Assembly (NCBI GenBank): GCA_964392665.1
Contig: CAYMQB010000003.1
Location: forward strand, 21,176 to 85,175
Length of the DNA stretch: 64,000 nucleotides
DNA from: an uncultured bacterium
Lineage (GTDB): Bacteria; Hydrothermota; E44-bin80
Reading direction: 5' to 3'
The position numbers and the translations under genes are program-made. Each line of letters begins with the position of its first letter. Position 1 is the first letter of the stretch. The notes below the pieces were generated by a model that searched no databases, was not told the DNA's origin, and saw only the letters and a list, made by a program, of their open reading frames with translations. Shown here in pieces: positions 1 to 8,482 of the stretch.

Positions 1-264
1 TTCACCGAATTTTCCATATTCTTGAATGATTTGTTTATATTTTTTTACTCTGTAAAGAAGTTCTAAGAACCTTAATGCCGTGTTTACATCAGTCGGATTT
101 TTCAAGAGATAGCTTTCATAAAGGTCTATTTGTTTCTCCACAGGAATTTGTTTCCGCGGGACTAAAAAGGCGTCTGTTTTGCTGGGTAGCTTTTGAGAGT
201 TTACAGCCTCCGAACTTAGAAACAGGTAAAAAAATAATATTAATGTAAAATACTTGTTTAACAT
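1..264 (-). CDS. secreted TPR-like/helical-repeat protein, N-terminal fragment; gene runs past the window start
   Basis: ATG at 264..262 (minus), 2 nt after the stop of the Sua5-like gene. Translation is MLNKYFTLILFFYLFLSSEAVNSQKLPSKTDAFLVPRKQIPVEKQIDLYESYLLKNPTDVNTALRFLELLYRVKKYKQIIQEYGKFGE..., a hydrophobic signal-like N-terminus followed by helical repeat-like sequence. The frame stays open to position 1. Absent from the ORF track because it has no in-window stop. Confidence 0.4.
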   Translation of the reverse strand, partial: MLNKYFTLILFFYLFLSSEAVNSQKLPSKTDAFLVPRKQIPVEKQIDLYESYLLKNPTDVNTALRFLELLYRVKKYKQIIQEYGKFGE

Positions 265-266
265 TG

Positions 267-1379
267 TTAATTATGTTTTCTTATATCTATGTTGAATCGT
301 AATGCAATATCTTTTACGATTCTCTTAACATACCTTTGGATATCCCCTGCCACTTTTCTATAAGTATCGATGTTTTGGCCAATTGGATCAAGTATTTCAC
401 CATGTTTACCTGCGAATTCAGTGAGTAGAAAGGTCCTATCTTGTAAGTTTGGCTCCAGTTTTAGAATATGTCTTTTATGCAAATTCTCCATACATAGAAA
501 TAAGTCTGCATCTTTGAGGATTTTTTTAGTGATGCTTTTAGAGCGGTGATTTCGAATACTGTAGCCAAGTTCGGAGATTGCCAGGATTGCGTTTGGAGTT
601 GCAGGAAAGCCAGAATTTTGAATGGTTCCGCAGGAAGAAACAGAGACATTTTTCAAGCCTTTTTGTTTTATTAATGATTTGAGAATTCCTTCAGCCATTG
701 GGCTTCTGCAGCTGTTAGCTGTGCATACAAAAACGATGTTGTAGACGATTGAGCTGTGAAATCTGACTTTCGGTACGATGTATTTCTCGATTGTTTGGAT
801 ACTTAGAGCACCCTTTCTTCGTAATATTGGCGGATATCTGGAAATGTCAAGAACAGTCGAAGGCGTTCCTTCCGGAATATTGTCGTCGGTTAGTATTAGG
901 TCTACATCGAGTCCAATTTTTTTATGGGTTTCGGCAGGTATTCCACCGGAAACATTCACACTTGTTGTAGCTAAAGGCACGGAGCATTTCTTTATAAGTT
1001 TCTTCAAAAGTGGGTAATCGGGTACTCGAACGCTGATTGTGTTTTTCCTGCCCGTAAATTCGGGAAATGTCCCCGTTTTTGCCTTAAATATAAGAGTGAG
1101 AGGACCCGGGATAAGATGTTCGATAATTGTTTTTGATGATTTAGTTAGTTCTTTAACATAGTTTTTTATTTCGGATTTTTCGGAAAGGAACATCACGAGC
1201 GGCTTATCCCTTTTTCTCTGCTTAATCCTATAGATCTCTTTTATCGCAGCACTGTTGTTAATATCGCAACCAATCCCATAAACCGTGTCGGTTGGGAAAA
1301 TAATTATACCGCCTTTTCTCAATACACGAATTGCTTTCTTGATACTTGATTCATCTGCTTTCAGGATATTCGCTTTCAT
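267..1379 (-). CDS. L-threonylcarbamoyladenylate synthase (Sua5/YrdC/TsaC family) fused to a C-terminal low-molecular-weight protein tyrosine/arginine phosphatase domain
   Basis: N-terminal region GGIIIFPTDTVYGIGCD is a YrdC/Sua5-type motif. The C-terminal ~150 aa carry VFVCTANSCRSPMAEG, the C-X5-R P-loop of the LMW-PTP/ArsC-like family. It is a single uninterrupted 370-aa ORF. Confidence 0.75.
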   Translation of the reverse strand: MKANILKADESSIKKAIRVLRKGGIIIFPTDTVYGIGCDINNSAAIKEIYRIKQRKRDKPLVMFLSEKSEIKNYVKELTKSSKTIIEHLIPGPLTLIFKAKTGTFPEFTGRKNTISVRVPDYPLLKKLIKKCSVPLATTSVNVSGGIPAETHKKIGLDVDLILTDDNIPEGTPSTVLDISRYPPILRRKGALSIQTIEKYIVPKVRFHSSIVYNIVFVCTANSCRSPMAEGILKSLIKQKGLKNVSVSSCGTIQNSGFPATPNAILAISELGYSIRNHRSKSITKKILKDADLFLCMENLHKRHILKLEPNLQDRTFLLTEFAGKHGEILDPIGQNIDTYRKVAGDIQRYVKRIVKDIALRFNIDIRKHN

Positions 1380-1506
1380 ACTTTTTTATAGCATAATCGG
1401 AGTAAAAAAACAAGCATGAATTTCGCTAAAAGGAAATTGTCACGTATTGTGTCAGTTCAGTGCGTCGAAAGGTACAACTAGGGGTCTAATGCTTTACCTT
1501 TTTTAC

Positions 1507-1535
1507 TTGACAATAGAGTTAAGTTAATATAAAAT
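1507..1535 (+). promoter_or_regulatory. candidate sigma-70 promoter for dnaN (TTGACA-17-TAAAAT)
   Basis: TTGACA at 1507..1512, 17-nt spacer, TAAAAT at 1530..1535, in the AT-rich divergent intergenic region about 55 nt upstream of the dnaN SD/ATG. Confidence 0.35.
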
Positions 1536-1592
1536 GTTTTATATGTTAAGAAAAGAAATTAATATGATTGATTGGAATTTAAGGAGGAAAGA

Positions 1593-2690
1593 ATGTATTT
1601 TAAGGTGAATAAGGATGTTCTATTACAGAAGCTGCAATTGGTTGCGAGTATCCTTCCTCAAAGAGCGAGTTTACTGGTTTTGGGAAATATTAAAATAAAC
1701 GCAGAAAAAAAAGGCGTTAGCCTGAGTGCAACCGACCTGGACATCTCACTTGATAGTACAATGCAAGCTAATGTGGTTGAAGAGGGGGGTATTACCGTTC
1801 CTGGAAAAAGATTCCTTGAGACCGTTAGGGACCTACCTGCTTGTGATTTAGAGTTGAAAGTTATGGGTGATTTCGTTGAATTGAAATACTCGAAGGGTAT
1901 ATATAAAATGCCAGCAATTCCAAAAGAGGAATATCCTGAAATTCCTGAAATATCAGGTAAGAAATTTATTCCTATTCCATCTGGTCTTCTTAGAAATGCG
2001 GTACAGAAAACCTCGTTTGCTGCTTCGAAAGAACCTGGCAGAAGGGCGCTTTCCGGAATGCACTGGAATATAGAAAACAAAGAAGCCAATATGGTTGCTA
2101 CGGATGGTAGAAAACTTGCTTTCTACAGGTGTCCAATTGATAAGGATGTGAGTTTAAAAGTAAACATTCCCCCAAAAGCGTTAAAAACCCTTATAGGTTA
2201 TATCGACGATGATGAACAGGAAATCAATGTGAAATTCGATGACAAGAAGATAGGGTTCTATCTTAAAGATACGACTATCATTGCACGTCTTATAGAGGAG
2301 GTTTTCCCTGATTATAAACAGGTCATACCCAACAACAACAAGTTGATACTCAAGGCAAGCAGGTCAGAGATGATTAATGTCCTTAAAAGGGTTTCAATAT
2401 ACTCAGACAGCACAAGCCATCTTGTCAGTTTTGAAGTTGAACCGAAAAACCTGAAGGTTTATACGGAAACTGAGCTTGGTTCCGGTGAAGAAAATTTGAC
2501 CTGTGATTTTTCTGGCAAATCCGTTTCGGTCAATTTCAATGCTTCATATCTCTCTGAGATTTTGCGGAACCTTGATGATGACAATGTAGAATTCAGGATA
2601 GGAACATCTAAAACAGCTGTTATAGTAACACAGAAAAAGAAGGGTGACGAAGAGTTGACCTATCTTTTGATGCCAATAATTACATCCTAA
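1593..2690 (+). CDS. dnaN: DNA polymerase III beta sliding clamp
   Basis: 366 aa. The start is moved to ATG 1593 (MYFKVNKDVLLQKLQ), which is preceded by AAGGAGG at 1581..1587. Three-domain clamp-like sequence with the typical length. The ORF track's longer TTG start is judged less likely. Confidence 0.9.
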   Translation: MYFKVNKDVLLQKLQLVASILPQRASLLVLGNIKINAEKKGVSLSATDLDISLDSTMQANVVEEGGITVPGKRFLETVRDLPACDLELKVMGDFVELKYSKGIYKMPAIPKEEYPEIPEISGKKFIPIPSGLLRNAVQKTSFAASKEPGRRALSGMHWNIENKEANMVATDGRKLAFYRCPIDKDVSLKVNIPPKALKTLIGYIDDDEQEINVKFDDKKIGFYLKDTTIIARLIEEVFPDYKQVIPNNNKLILKASRSEMINVLKRVSIYSDSTSHLVSFEVEPKNLKVYTETELGSGEENLTCDFSGKSVSVNFNASYLSEILRNLDDDNVEFRIGTSKTAVIVTQKKKGDEELTYLLMPIITS

Positions 2691-2695
2691 TGCCA

Positions 2696-3487
2696 TTACT
2701 TGCCATATCTCTTCCTTGCTTGTTCTAGAATATCTTTCTCGTAGGGAGTTAATCCATTAAGCCCAACTTTTGACAGTTTTCTCAAAACTTCGTTCACTTT
2801 GTCTTCAAGTTCTGTGTCATCGACTTCAATGTCTGCTTCTTTCCCGTTTTTGTCGACAAAAACGAACTTCTTCCAGAATCTTTGTTTCCCCTTTAAGAAC
2901 TTCAGATATAAAAAACCTACGAGAATACCTCCAAGGTGAGCTAAATGAGCAATGTTATCCTGGGAGCCACGGAGTGCTGAGATGAATTCGATTGTTCCGA
3001 AGATGATTACGAGAAATTTTGCTTTTATGGGAAAGAAAAAATATAGATATATATACCTGTTGGGGAATGTAAGAGCAAAAGCAAGTAAAAGTCCGTAAAT
3101 AGCCCCCGATGCTCCTATTGTTGGAACAAGTGAATTGTGTCTGGCAAGCATATATACGAGTCCTGCTCCAATTCCAGTTATGAAATAGTACTTAAGAAAT
3201 TCGTTTTTCCCCCACCTTGATTCGAGTTCTGATCCAAACATCCAGAGCACAAACATATTGAAAAAAAGATGCCAGAAACCTCCGTGAAGGAACATGTATG
3301 TTATTGGCTGCCAGAAATAGTATTTTTTTATTGTAAGAGCAGGAACCAAACCCAAAATGTAGATTAATTTAGGAAATAAAAGCTGCCCAAAAAAAACCGC
3401 AATATTTGCAATTACAAGTATCCTTACAACGCCGGAAAAATGTGGTCTTAAAAAATGCGATTGAGTTCCAAACTTTTGATATCTCAT
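2696..3487 (-). CDS. rhomboid family intramembrane serine protease
   Basis: Polytopic protein carrying GASGAIYGLL (the GxSG catalytic serine motif) and AHLAHLGGILVG (the catalytic His on a downstream TM helix). The N-terminal ~70 aa form a soluble domain. Confidence 0.8.
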   Translation of the reverse strand: MRYQKFGTQSHFLRPHFSGVVRILVIANIAVFFGQLLFPKLIYILGLVPALTIKKYYFWQPITYMFLHGGFWHLFFNMFVLWMFGSELESRWGKNEFLKYYFITGIGAGLVYMLARHNSLVPTIGASGAIYGLLLAFALTFPNRYIYLYFFFPIKAKFLVIIFGTIEFISALRGSQDNIAHLAHLGGILVGFLYLKFLKGKQRFWKKFVFVDKNGKEADIEVDDTELEDKVNEVLRKLSKVGLNGLTPYEKDILEQARKRYGK

Positions 3488-3613
3488 AATAGATTTTGAT
3501 ATTTGTTAATTATCAAAAGCAACAATTCAATATATACAATAAACAGAGATTTTGCAAGGAAAAAACAAGCGATTCTGTGAGAATCTTAGAAAAGATATCC
3601 TAATGGAAAAAAC

Positions 3614-3642
3614 TTGACAACAGGCAATTTTATTATTATATT
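3614..3642 (+). promoter_or_regulatory. candidate sigma-70 promoter for the thiol-redox operon (TTGACA-17-TATATT)
   Basis: TTGACA at 3614..3619, 17-nt spacer, TATATT at 3637..3642. It is followed by a ~190-nt leader before the Trx-fold gene. Confidence 0.3.
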
Positions 3643-3835
3643 GTTTTCTGTTATTTGTACGATTATTACGAATGAAACCTGAAACTTAAAAACGGGAGGG
3701 AAAATCGGATTAATTAAGGATGAAGATGGGAAGTATTTAGCGGATTACTTCGGTAAGTTTAAGCAATCCGTTAATATATTCTTCTTTAATTCTAAGAAGA
3801 CAAATACGAAATACTGCATCTCGACAAAGGAAATT

Positions 3836-4348
3836 TTGAGCGAATTGACGGATATATCGGATAAGGTGAATCTTAAAGTGATAGATTTCGAAGAAGAAAA
3901 AGAAACCGTAAAGAAATATAATATTAAGTTTCCTCCAGCAACTGTTTTGCAATCTGATAGCGATCTGGGTCTAAGATATTACGGTATACCGGGAGGGTAT
4001 GAATTCAGTACTATCATAAATTCTATTGGCATGATTGGGAAAAATGGTGTTGAGCTGTCAGAAGAAACGCACAGGAAACTATCCCTTGTAAAGAAAAAAG
4101 TTGAAATACTGGTTTTTGTGACACCTCCGTGTCCTCACTGTCCTAAAGCTGCTGTAAGTGCTTATAAATTCGCTTTCGCGAATGAAAACATTGAAACGAG
4201 TATAATAGAAGCAAATGAATTTCCTGATATATCGAGAGAATTTAGCGTAATGGCTGTTCCGAAGATAGTAATAAATAAGGGATTTTCCTTTGAAGGGGCA
4301 TATCCCGACGAGATATTTGCGGATAATCTAATTAAGGGGATTGGTTAA
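3836..4348 (+). CDS. thioredoxin-fold protein disulfide oxidoreductase (glutaredoxin-like, CPHC active site)
   Basis: VTPPCPHCPKA CxxC motif in a thioredoxin fold. The TTG start is from the ORF track. The open frame continues upstream to 3719 without any start codon, and an ATG at 3726 lies in a neighbouring frame (see findings). The true N-terminus is uncertain. Confidence 0.6.
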   Translation: MSELTDISDKVNLKVIDFEEEKETVKKYNIKFPPATVLQSDSDLGLRYYGIPGGYEFSTIINSIGMIGKNGVELSEETHRKLSLVKKKVEILVFVTPPCPHCPKAAVSAYKFAFANENIETSIIEANEFPDISREFSVMAVPKIVINKGFSFEGAYPDEIFADNLIKGIG

Positions 4349-4363
4349 AGGAAAGCGAAAAAA

Positions 4364-5341
4364 ATGATGGACATACAATTTCCAAAGGACAATGCGGATT
4401 TAAAGGATAAAGATAAGGAATTTGATGTTATAATTTTGGGTGCAGGCCCCGCAGGTCTAACTTCCGCAATATACACTTCGAGATCACTACTAAAGACATT
4501 GATAATTGAAACGGGTGTTATTGGTGGAGAGGCGGCGTCGACGGAATTGATAGAAAATTATCCTGGATTTCCTGAAGGGGTATCTGGAATGGACCTTACC
4601 GATGGAATGAAAATGCAGTCCGAGAAATTTGGCGCAAAAATAATTATGACTTATACAAAGGAAGTGAATCTAAAAGGGAATAGGAAAGTTGTAAAGACAG
4701 ATGATGGTGTGTTTTCCGCAAAGGCAATAATAATTGCAACGGGTTCGTCACCCAGGAACTTGAACATACCGGGAGAAGAGGTGTTCAAGGGAAGAGGAGT
4801 TTCATACTGCGCTACATGCGATGCTCCGTTTTTCAAGGATAGAGACATAGGGGTTATTGGGGCTGGAAGTTCTGGGATTCAGGAAAGTTTATACCTTCTG
4901 AAATTCACGAAGTCGATAAAAATTGTAGAGTTTCTTCCCCATATGACTGCCGAGAAAATTCTGCAGGAGAGAATAAAGAAATATGAGAATGTGGAGTTTT
5001 TTCTAAACCATACACTGAAATCAATTAACGGGAAACAGATGGTTGAAAGCATTACAGTGGAGGATAGGAAAGTCGGGACGGACAGCGTCCTTCCGGTTTC
5101 AGGTGTATTTATTTATGTTGGGCTAAGACCTAATACGAAGATTTTTATGGGATCACTTAAACTTAATGAAAATGGGTTTATTATAGCAGATGAGAATTTG
5201 AGAACTTCTGAATCGGGTGTTTTTGCCGCAGGTGATGTAAGAGAGAAAACACTCAGACAGGTTGCAACCGCAGTTGGGGACGGAGCTGTTGCAGCCTTTT
5301 CAGCCAAAGAATATATCGAAGGCAAATCATCCACAGACTAA
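4364..5341 (+). CDS. trxB: thioredoxin-disulfide reductase
   Basis: FAD motif ILGAGPAGL, redox-active CATC (SYCATCDAPFF), and an NADPH Rossmann motif GAGSSG. 325 aa, the typical low-molecular-weight TrxR size. Confidence 0.9.
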   Translation: MMDIQFPKDNADLKDKDKEFDVIILGAGPAGLTSAIYTSRSLLKTLIIETGVIGGEAASTELIENYPGFPEGVSGMDLTDGMKMQSEKFGAKIIMTYTKEVNLKGNRKVVKTDDGVFSAKAIIIATGSSPRNLNIPGEEVFKGRGVSYCATCDAPFFKDRDIGVIGAGSSGIQESLYLLKFTKSIKIVEFLPHMTAEKILQERIKKYENVEFFLNHTLKSINGKQMVESITVEDRKVGTDSVLPVSGVFIYVGLRPNTKIFMGSLKLNENGFIIADENLRTSESGVFAAGDVREKTLRQVATAVGDGAVAAFSAKEYIEGKSSTD

Positions 5342-5394
5342 AGTTTTTGCAAAGACAAGTGTATTAGGTGAAGGAGAAAAATGGAGGTTTTTGA

Positions 5395-5646
5395 ATGGAC
5401 ATGCAAAGGAAACACAAAGTTATAGTTTTTTCGACACAAAACTGTCCATGGTGCAGACGAGTGAAACAATATTTAAGGCAGAATCGAATTGTGTTTAAGG
5501 ATGTTGATGTCTCAAAAAACAGGAGTGCGGCAGCGGATATGGTTAGAAGAACGAGACAAAGCGGTGTTCCCGTTGTTCTTATTGATAATAGACCTATCGT
5601 AGGTTTCAATAAGCCAATGATTGATAGACTTCTGGGTATAAAGTGA
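5395..5646 (+). CDS. glutaredoxin-like protein (NrdH/Grx family)
   Basis: 83 aa. VIVFSTQNCPWCRRVKQYL has a CPWC active site in a Grx/NrdH-type fold. Confidence 0.7.
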   Translation: MDMQRKHKVIVFSTQNCPWCRRVKQYLRQNRIVFKDVDVSKNRSAAADMVRRTRQSGVPVVLIDNRPIVGFNKPMIDRLLGIK

Positions 5647-5671
5647 ATATTTGAAAGTGGAAGGAGGTGTT

Positions 5672-6229
5672 GTGAAAAAAATAGTCGCCTTTTTTGTTAT
5701 ATCGTTTCTCTTTGCGCTATTGATTTCGAACTGCTCGAATGATGCTCCCAAGGAAAAATCTGGGTCTGGTTCAGGAGAAAAAACTGAGGGAGCAGAACAA
5801 AAGTCTGCTAAGAGAGGTTCAGCGATCGATTTTACATTGAAAGGATTGGATGGTATTGAGAGAACTTTAAGCATGCAAAAGGGTAGTGTTGTTGTGGTTG
5901 ATTTCTGGGCTACCTGGTGTCCTCCTTGTAAAGTTGAGATACCGTATCTTAAGGATATATACGATATATACAAAGACCAGGGAGTTATTGTTTGGGGAGT
6001 AGGGCTTGATAATGATGAAAAGAAGCTAAGCAAATTTGCCGAGGATTTCAGTATTAATTATCCAGTGCTTCTTGGAAATAGGACTGTTGCTCAACAATAC
6101 GATGTTCAAGGTATTCCAACAACTTATTTGTTCGATAAGAATAACAGAATTGCTTTCAAACACGTTGGATTTGCTGCGGGGATGGAGAAAGATTTCGAAA
6201 AGGAAATCAAGCAATTGTTGAATGAATAG
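5672..6229 (+). CDS. TlpA/ResA-like periplasmic thiol-disulfide oxidoreductase, probable lipoprotein
   Basis: WATWCPPCKVE is a thioredoxin-like WCxxC motif. The N-terminal signal sequence ends with a Cys (LLISNCS). The start is moved to the in-frame GTG at 5672, which is preceded by AAGGAGG at 5661..5667. The ORF-track TTG at 5651 is less likely. Confidence 0.75.
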   Translation: MKKIVAFFVISFLFALLISNCSNDAPKEKSGSGSGEKTEGAEQKSAKRGSAIDFTLKGLDGIERTLSMQKGSVVVVDFWATWCPPCKVEIPYLKDIYDIYKDQGVIVWGVGLDNDEKKLSKFAEDFSINYPVLLGNRTVAQQYDVQGIPTTYLFDKNNRIAFKHVGFAAGMEKDFEKEIKQLLNE

Positions 6230-6237
6230 TTAAGTTT

Positions 6238-6888
6238 GTGACTAAGATAAAAAAGTTTGTTTTTTCTGTATCGCTATTTGTGCTTTTCAGTAGTGCCCTT
6301 GGAGCAAGCGCATTTGTTGAATTGACTTCAGGATACAACATAGCCTATGGAAAGTGGCGCAACGGATTTGGAAACGGATTAGTTTTCGGTGGTTTGACAG
6401 GATTTTCCTTTTCCGAGTATTTGAATCCAGCTGTGGGTGGATTTATCGTTTTCCCAAAAACCGGAAAGGTTCCGGAACAAGAATACAAAAATACTTATGA
6501 AACAGACTATGTTTCTCTATTTACAGTTACCGGTTTTTTCTATATAGAAAATAGAATGGAGTTTGCATTATCTGAATCGGTAAAATTGTCGGTCGGTTTC
6601 GGTTTAGGTATTCTTAATCAAAGAGATTATGTCTCCATCGTTTACAATAATTTCGAGAGTAGCGATAATTTTTCCGGGTTTGGATTCTATTTTGGTTGGG
6701 GAATCAAAAGAAGGTGGAGATTTTCCGTTTTCGACTACGTTAATCCGTTTGTGAACTTTTATTATTCACCAAATAGGGTTTACTACCATGTAGTAGATCC
6801 GAATTTCAAAGGACGCGATCTATATATTGCAGATGAGAAAATTGGAATTATAATAGGCATATCACTTATCAGTTTTGGTAAAGAGTGA
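6238..6888 (+). CDS. hypothetical secreted/outer-membrane protein (Gly/aromatic-rich, beta-rich)
   Basis: GTG start with a signal peptide (FVFSVSLFVLFSSALGASAF). Alternating aromatic/Gly composition suggests a beta-barrel. No recognisable catalytic motif. Confidence 0.45.
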   Translation: MTKIKKFVFSVSLFVLFSSALGASAFVELTSGYNIAYGKWRNGFGNGLVFGGLTGFSFSEYLNPAVGGFIVFPKTGKVPEQEYKNTYETDYVSLFTVTGFFYIENRMEFALSESVKLSVGFGLGILNQRDYVSIVYNNFESSDNFSGFGFYFGWGIKRRWRFSVFDYVNPFVNFYYSPNRVYYHVVDPNFKGRDLYIADEKIGIIIGISLISFGKE

Positions 6889-7035
6889 TAAATACTTACC
6901 TTATTTCTCCCCATAATGGGGAAGACTAAAAGAAAAGTTAATGAGGGTAAAGACATTTTGTATGAGATTAATTCATTTGTGACAATGGAATATTCGTAAT
7001 TCCAGTGGTCCTTTATAACGGGGAAAAAGGAAGTT

Positions 7036-7557
7036 ATGTGCGTAGTATCAATAACTTTCGATCTTAGGAGAATTATTACTAAGACATTCTTATTGATTGT
7101 AGCTGCTTTTTTTGTGCTCATTACTGGTTGCAGTTCGGCAAGATTTGCCTCTCAAGGTTCATCTGTTAATATCACATCAGGGGAGAAGGAGCTAAGAAAA
7201 AGTTTAGTCATTAAGGCGCTGCAGTACAGAGGTGTAAAATATGTCTACGGTGGAGAATCGCCTCATGGTTTTGATTGTTCTGGGTTTGTGCAGTTTATAT
7301 ATAAGAAATTCGGGATAGACCTGCAGAGGACGGTAAAACTAATGGAGACCCAGGGCAAGTGGGTAAAACGGAAGAAGCTTATTGCAGGAGATATTGTAAT
7401 ATTTCATAATCCAAGACATGTAGGAATCTACGCCAGTAAGGGGAAATTCGTTCATGCATCATCTTCACGAGGTGTTGTCCTCGATAGATTGGACAAGGAA
7501 TACTATAGAAAAAGGTTTGTTGGTGGAAAAAATATTATTTCAGGTCTTCAGCTTTGA
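7036..7557 (+). CDS. NlpC/P60 family lipoprotein (C40 cell-wall peptidase)
   Basis: Lipobox LITGCSS. Catalytic Cys region DCSGFVQFIYKKFG and His region HVGIYASKG match the NlpC/P60 fold. An SD (AAGGAAG) precedes the ATG. Confidence 0.85.
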   Translation: MCVVSITFDLRRIITKTFLLIVAAFFVLITGCSSARFASQGSSVNITSGEKELRKSLVIKALQYRGVKYVYGGESPHGFDCSGFVQFIYKKFGIDLQRTVKLMETQGKWVKRKKLIAGDIVIFHNPRHVGIYASKGKFVHASSSRGVVLDRLDKEYYRKRFVGGKNIISGLQL

Positions 7558-8426
7558 CTGTTCTTATTTGCCCTTGGATGAGCTTTCATATAAACTTTTT
7601 TTAATCTGTTTACAGTAATGTGTGTATAAATTTGTGTTGTTGAAAGCGAAGAATGTCCAAGAAGCTCCTGTACCGATCTGATGTTAGCACCCCTTTCCAA
7701 AAGATGGGTTGCAAACGAATGTCTGAGTGTGTGTGGACTTGATTTCGCAAGATGTGCAACTTTGTTTATTAAACTGTTAACGATTCTCTGGAGACTCCTT
7801 GTAGAGAGTCGCCTTCCGTTTTTGTTAAGAAACAGAGCCTGCGTGCGATAGTTTTTTAGAAGTTTGGATCTAACATTCAGATAGTCACCCAAACTGCGCA
7901 ATGTTAGTTCACCTAACGGTAATATTCTTTCTTTTTTGCCTTTTCCCAGTATCCTGACATTGTTTCTTAGAGTACTTATACAGTCAAGATTCAGATTACA
8001 TAGTTCACTTGCACGAATTCCCGTACCATATAGGAGTTCGAGAATTGCCTTGTTTCTAATTTCTATTGGTTTGTCAGATACAGGTAAATTCATCAAACAT
8101 TCTGCATCCTTTTGTGTAAGGAATGATGGTATCCTTTTTTCCTTTTTGGGTGTTTTTACGAGTTGGGCGGGATTATGCTTGATGTAGCCATATTTTTTTA
8201 GGAATTTGAATAAGGATTTAACGGAAGCTAATTTTCTTTCTGCAGAAGATTTCTTAAAACCACCCCTTAATAATGAACCTATAAAGTTTCTAATGTGAAT
8301 GAAGTCAACCTCTGCAATATTTGTTAAGCTACACTGCTCTTCGAGATAGTCTACGAACTGGGAAAGATCGTTCTGGTAAGCTTTTAGAGTATAATTGGAA
8401 AAATGTTTCTGATTCTTAAGATACAA
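7548..8426 (-). CDS. tyrosine site-specific recombinase, XerC/XerD-like
   Basis: C-terminal HTLRHSFATHLLERGANIRSVQELLGHSSLSTTQIYTH has the integrase R..H..R..Y active-site pattern. The N-terminal core-binding domain reads TLKAYQNDLSQFVDYL. TTG start at 8426 with no SD. Confidence 0.8.
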   Translation of the reverse strand: MYLKNQKHFSNYTLKAYQNDLSQFVDYLEEQCSLTNIAEVDFIHIRNFIGSLLRGGFKKSSAERKLASVKSLFKFLKKYGYIKHNPAQLVKTPKKEKRIPSFLTQKDAECLMNLPVSDKPIEIRNKAILELLYGTGIRASELCNLNLDCISTLRNNVRILGKGKKERILPLGELTLRSLGDYLNVRSKLLKNYRTQALFLNKNGRRLSTRSLQRIVNSLINKVAHLAKSSPHTLRHSFATHLLERGANIRSVQELLGHSSLSTTQIYTHITVNRLKKVYMKAHPRANKNSQS

Positions 8427-8444
8427 AAAAAATTCATGGAGCAG

Positions 8445-8473
8445 AGGGACGGAGGATGTAAACTTGTAAACTT
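8445..8473. repeat. left 29-bp terminal inverted repeat of the IS-like unit (contains tandem GTAAACTT x2)
   Basis: Exact reverse complement of 9451..9479. Followed by a T9 run at 8472..8480. Confidence 0.8.
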
Positions 8474-8482
8474 TTTTTTTGA

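Noticed and set aside
5512-6033. 173-aa antisense ORF over the grx-like and tlpA-like genes
   Set aside because: Antisense to two motif-supported genes. Low-complexity translation.
6889-7035. 147-nt leader upstream of the NlpC/P60 gene with short GC hairpins (CTCCCCATAATGGGGAAG); considered as a c-di-AMP (ydaO-type) riboswitch or a terminator
   Set aside because: Too short and lacking the conserved riboswitch helices I can recall. No U-tract for a terminator. Left as an unassigned leader.
8425-8432. A8 homopolymer immediately upstream of the xerD-like TTG start as a phase-variation switch
   Set aside because: Outside the coding frame and only 8 nt long. No evidence of length variation. Speculative.
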